Positions 63,612 to 64,000 of a stretch of DNA of 64,000 nucleotides are shown piece by piece (the first letter of the stretch is position 1; each line of letters opens with the position of its first letter). The position numbers and the translations under genes are program-made. Origin of the DNA: a virus. Lineage: Duplodnaviria; Caudoviricetes. The stretch lies in IMG/VR virus record IMGVR_UViG_3300024259_001623, one strand, 5' to 3'. The notes under the pieces were generated by a model. That model was not told the DNA's origin. It searched no databases and saw only the letters and a list, made by a program, of their open reading frames with translations.

Positions 63612-64000
63612 TTATTCAATCCCATATCTTATCTTAATAGGCCCTGGATGCTCTCCAGTAAATCTTTTTGTTTTCCCTCCGCGAACGGTAGGATGAACAC
63701 TATGCTTCAATTCTACAAGCTTTCTGTTATCATCCCATCTCTTCCATACATTCTTATACCATAAAAGCAAATCTCTTCTCTTGAATAATTTACTATAATA
63801 ATATATCTTCTCTCTTACTTGTTTATCCAAAACATATGAATAATGATACATAAATGTTTTATTATCTCCAGCAAATAATGGTCTTATCTTTTTGACATTC
63901 CTGCCTTTGTTATCCAGAATAGTAGGAGGTATTTTTTCTCCTCTTCCACTTTGGAACAACGAACCTTTATAATATTTGAATATTCTAGGTATTGGAGTAT
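63612..64000 (-). CDS. C-terminal part of a probable glycosyltransferase (starts beyond window)
   Basis: The frame stays open from the track's TTG at 63959 to the window edge (TPIPRIFKYYKGSLFQSG...); HYSYV motif. Confidence 0.6.
   Translation of the reverse strand, partial: TPIPRIFKYYKGSLFQSGRGEKIPPTILDNKGRNVKKIRPLFAGDNKTFMYHYSYVLDKQVREKIYYYSKLFKRRDLLLWYKNVWKRWDDNRKLVELKHSVHPTVRGGKTKRFTGEHPGPIKIRYGIE

Noticed and set aside
1-64000. CRISPR array, tRNA or rRNA genes, IS transposase
   Set aside because: No regularly spaced repeats, no T-arm GTTCRA-type cloverleaf in intergenic gaps and no transposase motifs were seen by eye. A formal scan was not run.
42896-64000. Ordinary bacterial O-antigen/capsule locus
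   Set aside because: No wzx/wzy/wzm/wzt or initiating transferase in 21 kb, and it is contiguous with phage-type genes. Not fully excluded because the island continues past the window.

Overview
AT-rich, densely coding window. Spot counts give 23-35% GC in typical lines and about 43-52% in a few segments. Nearly all credible genes are on the minus strand. It most likely comes from a jumbo/huge bacteriophage. That is an inference from gene content: phage-type nucleotide and tRNA-repair genes, a tail-fibre-like gene, a stand-alone sigma factor, clamp, clamp loader and topA, and no ribosomal or central-metabolism operons. No capsid, terminase or portal gene lies in the window. Layout: (1) 1-15 kb, nucleotide/tRNA accessory genes (guaC fragment, Thg1, YqeY, adenine MTase, queuosine-salvage Qng1-like glycosylase, PD-(D/E)XK nuclease, dCMP deaminase, ATPases, HNH, a GC-rich structured ncRNA candidate, SPFH lipoprotein); (2) 15-28 kb, a probable late region with a Gly/Ser/Cys-rich fibre, GT9, two sulfotransferases, C39 peptidase, a large CCA-adding enzyme fusion, RuvC and several unrelated proteins sharing an N-terminal M-x(1-2)-W-Y-K motif; (3) 28-42 kb, dnaJ, holA, dnaN, a SigH-like sigma, dnaX, a dATP/dGTP diphosphohydrolase, topA and a nucleotidyltransferase; (4) 43-64 kb, an uninterrupted island of glycosyl-, sulfo- and methyltransferases with an aldolase-KdsB fusion, running off the window end. 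Best leads: the shared WYK leader (a possible capsid-targeting signal) with its SigH-like promoter motif; a putative virion glycosylation/sulfation system; the 276-nt ncRNA beside an HNH/ATPase pair; a phage Qng1 between an MTase and a nuclease; and an A-AAA-AAG -1 frameshift hidden in a methyltransferase gene. All family assignments come from motif recognition by eye; no database search was run.
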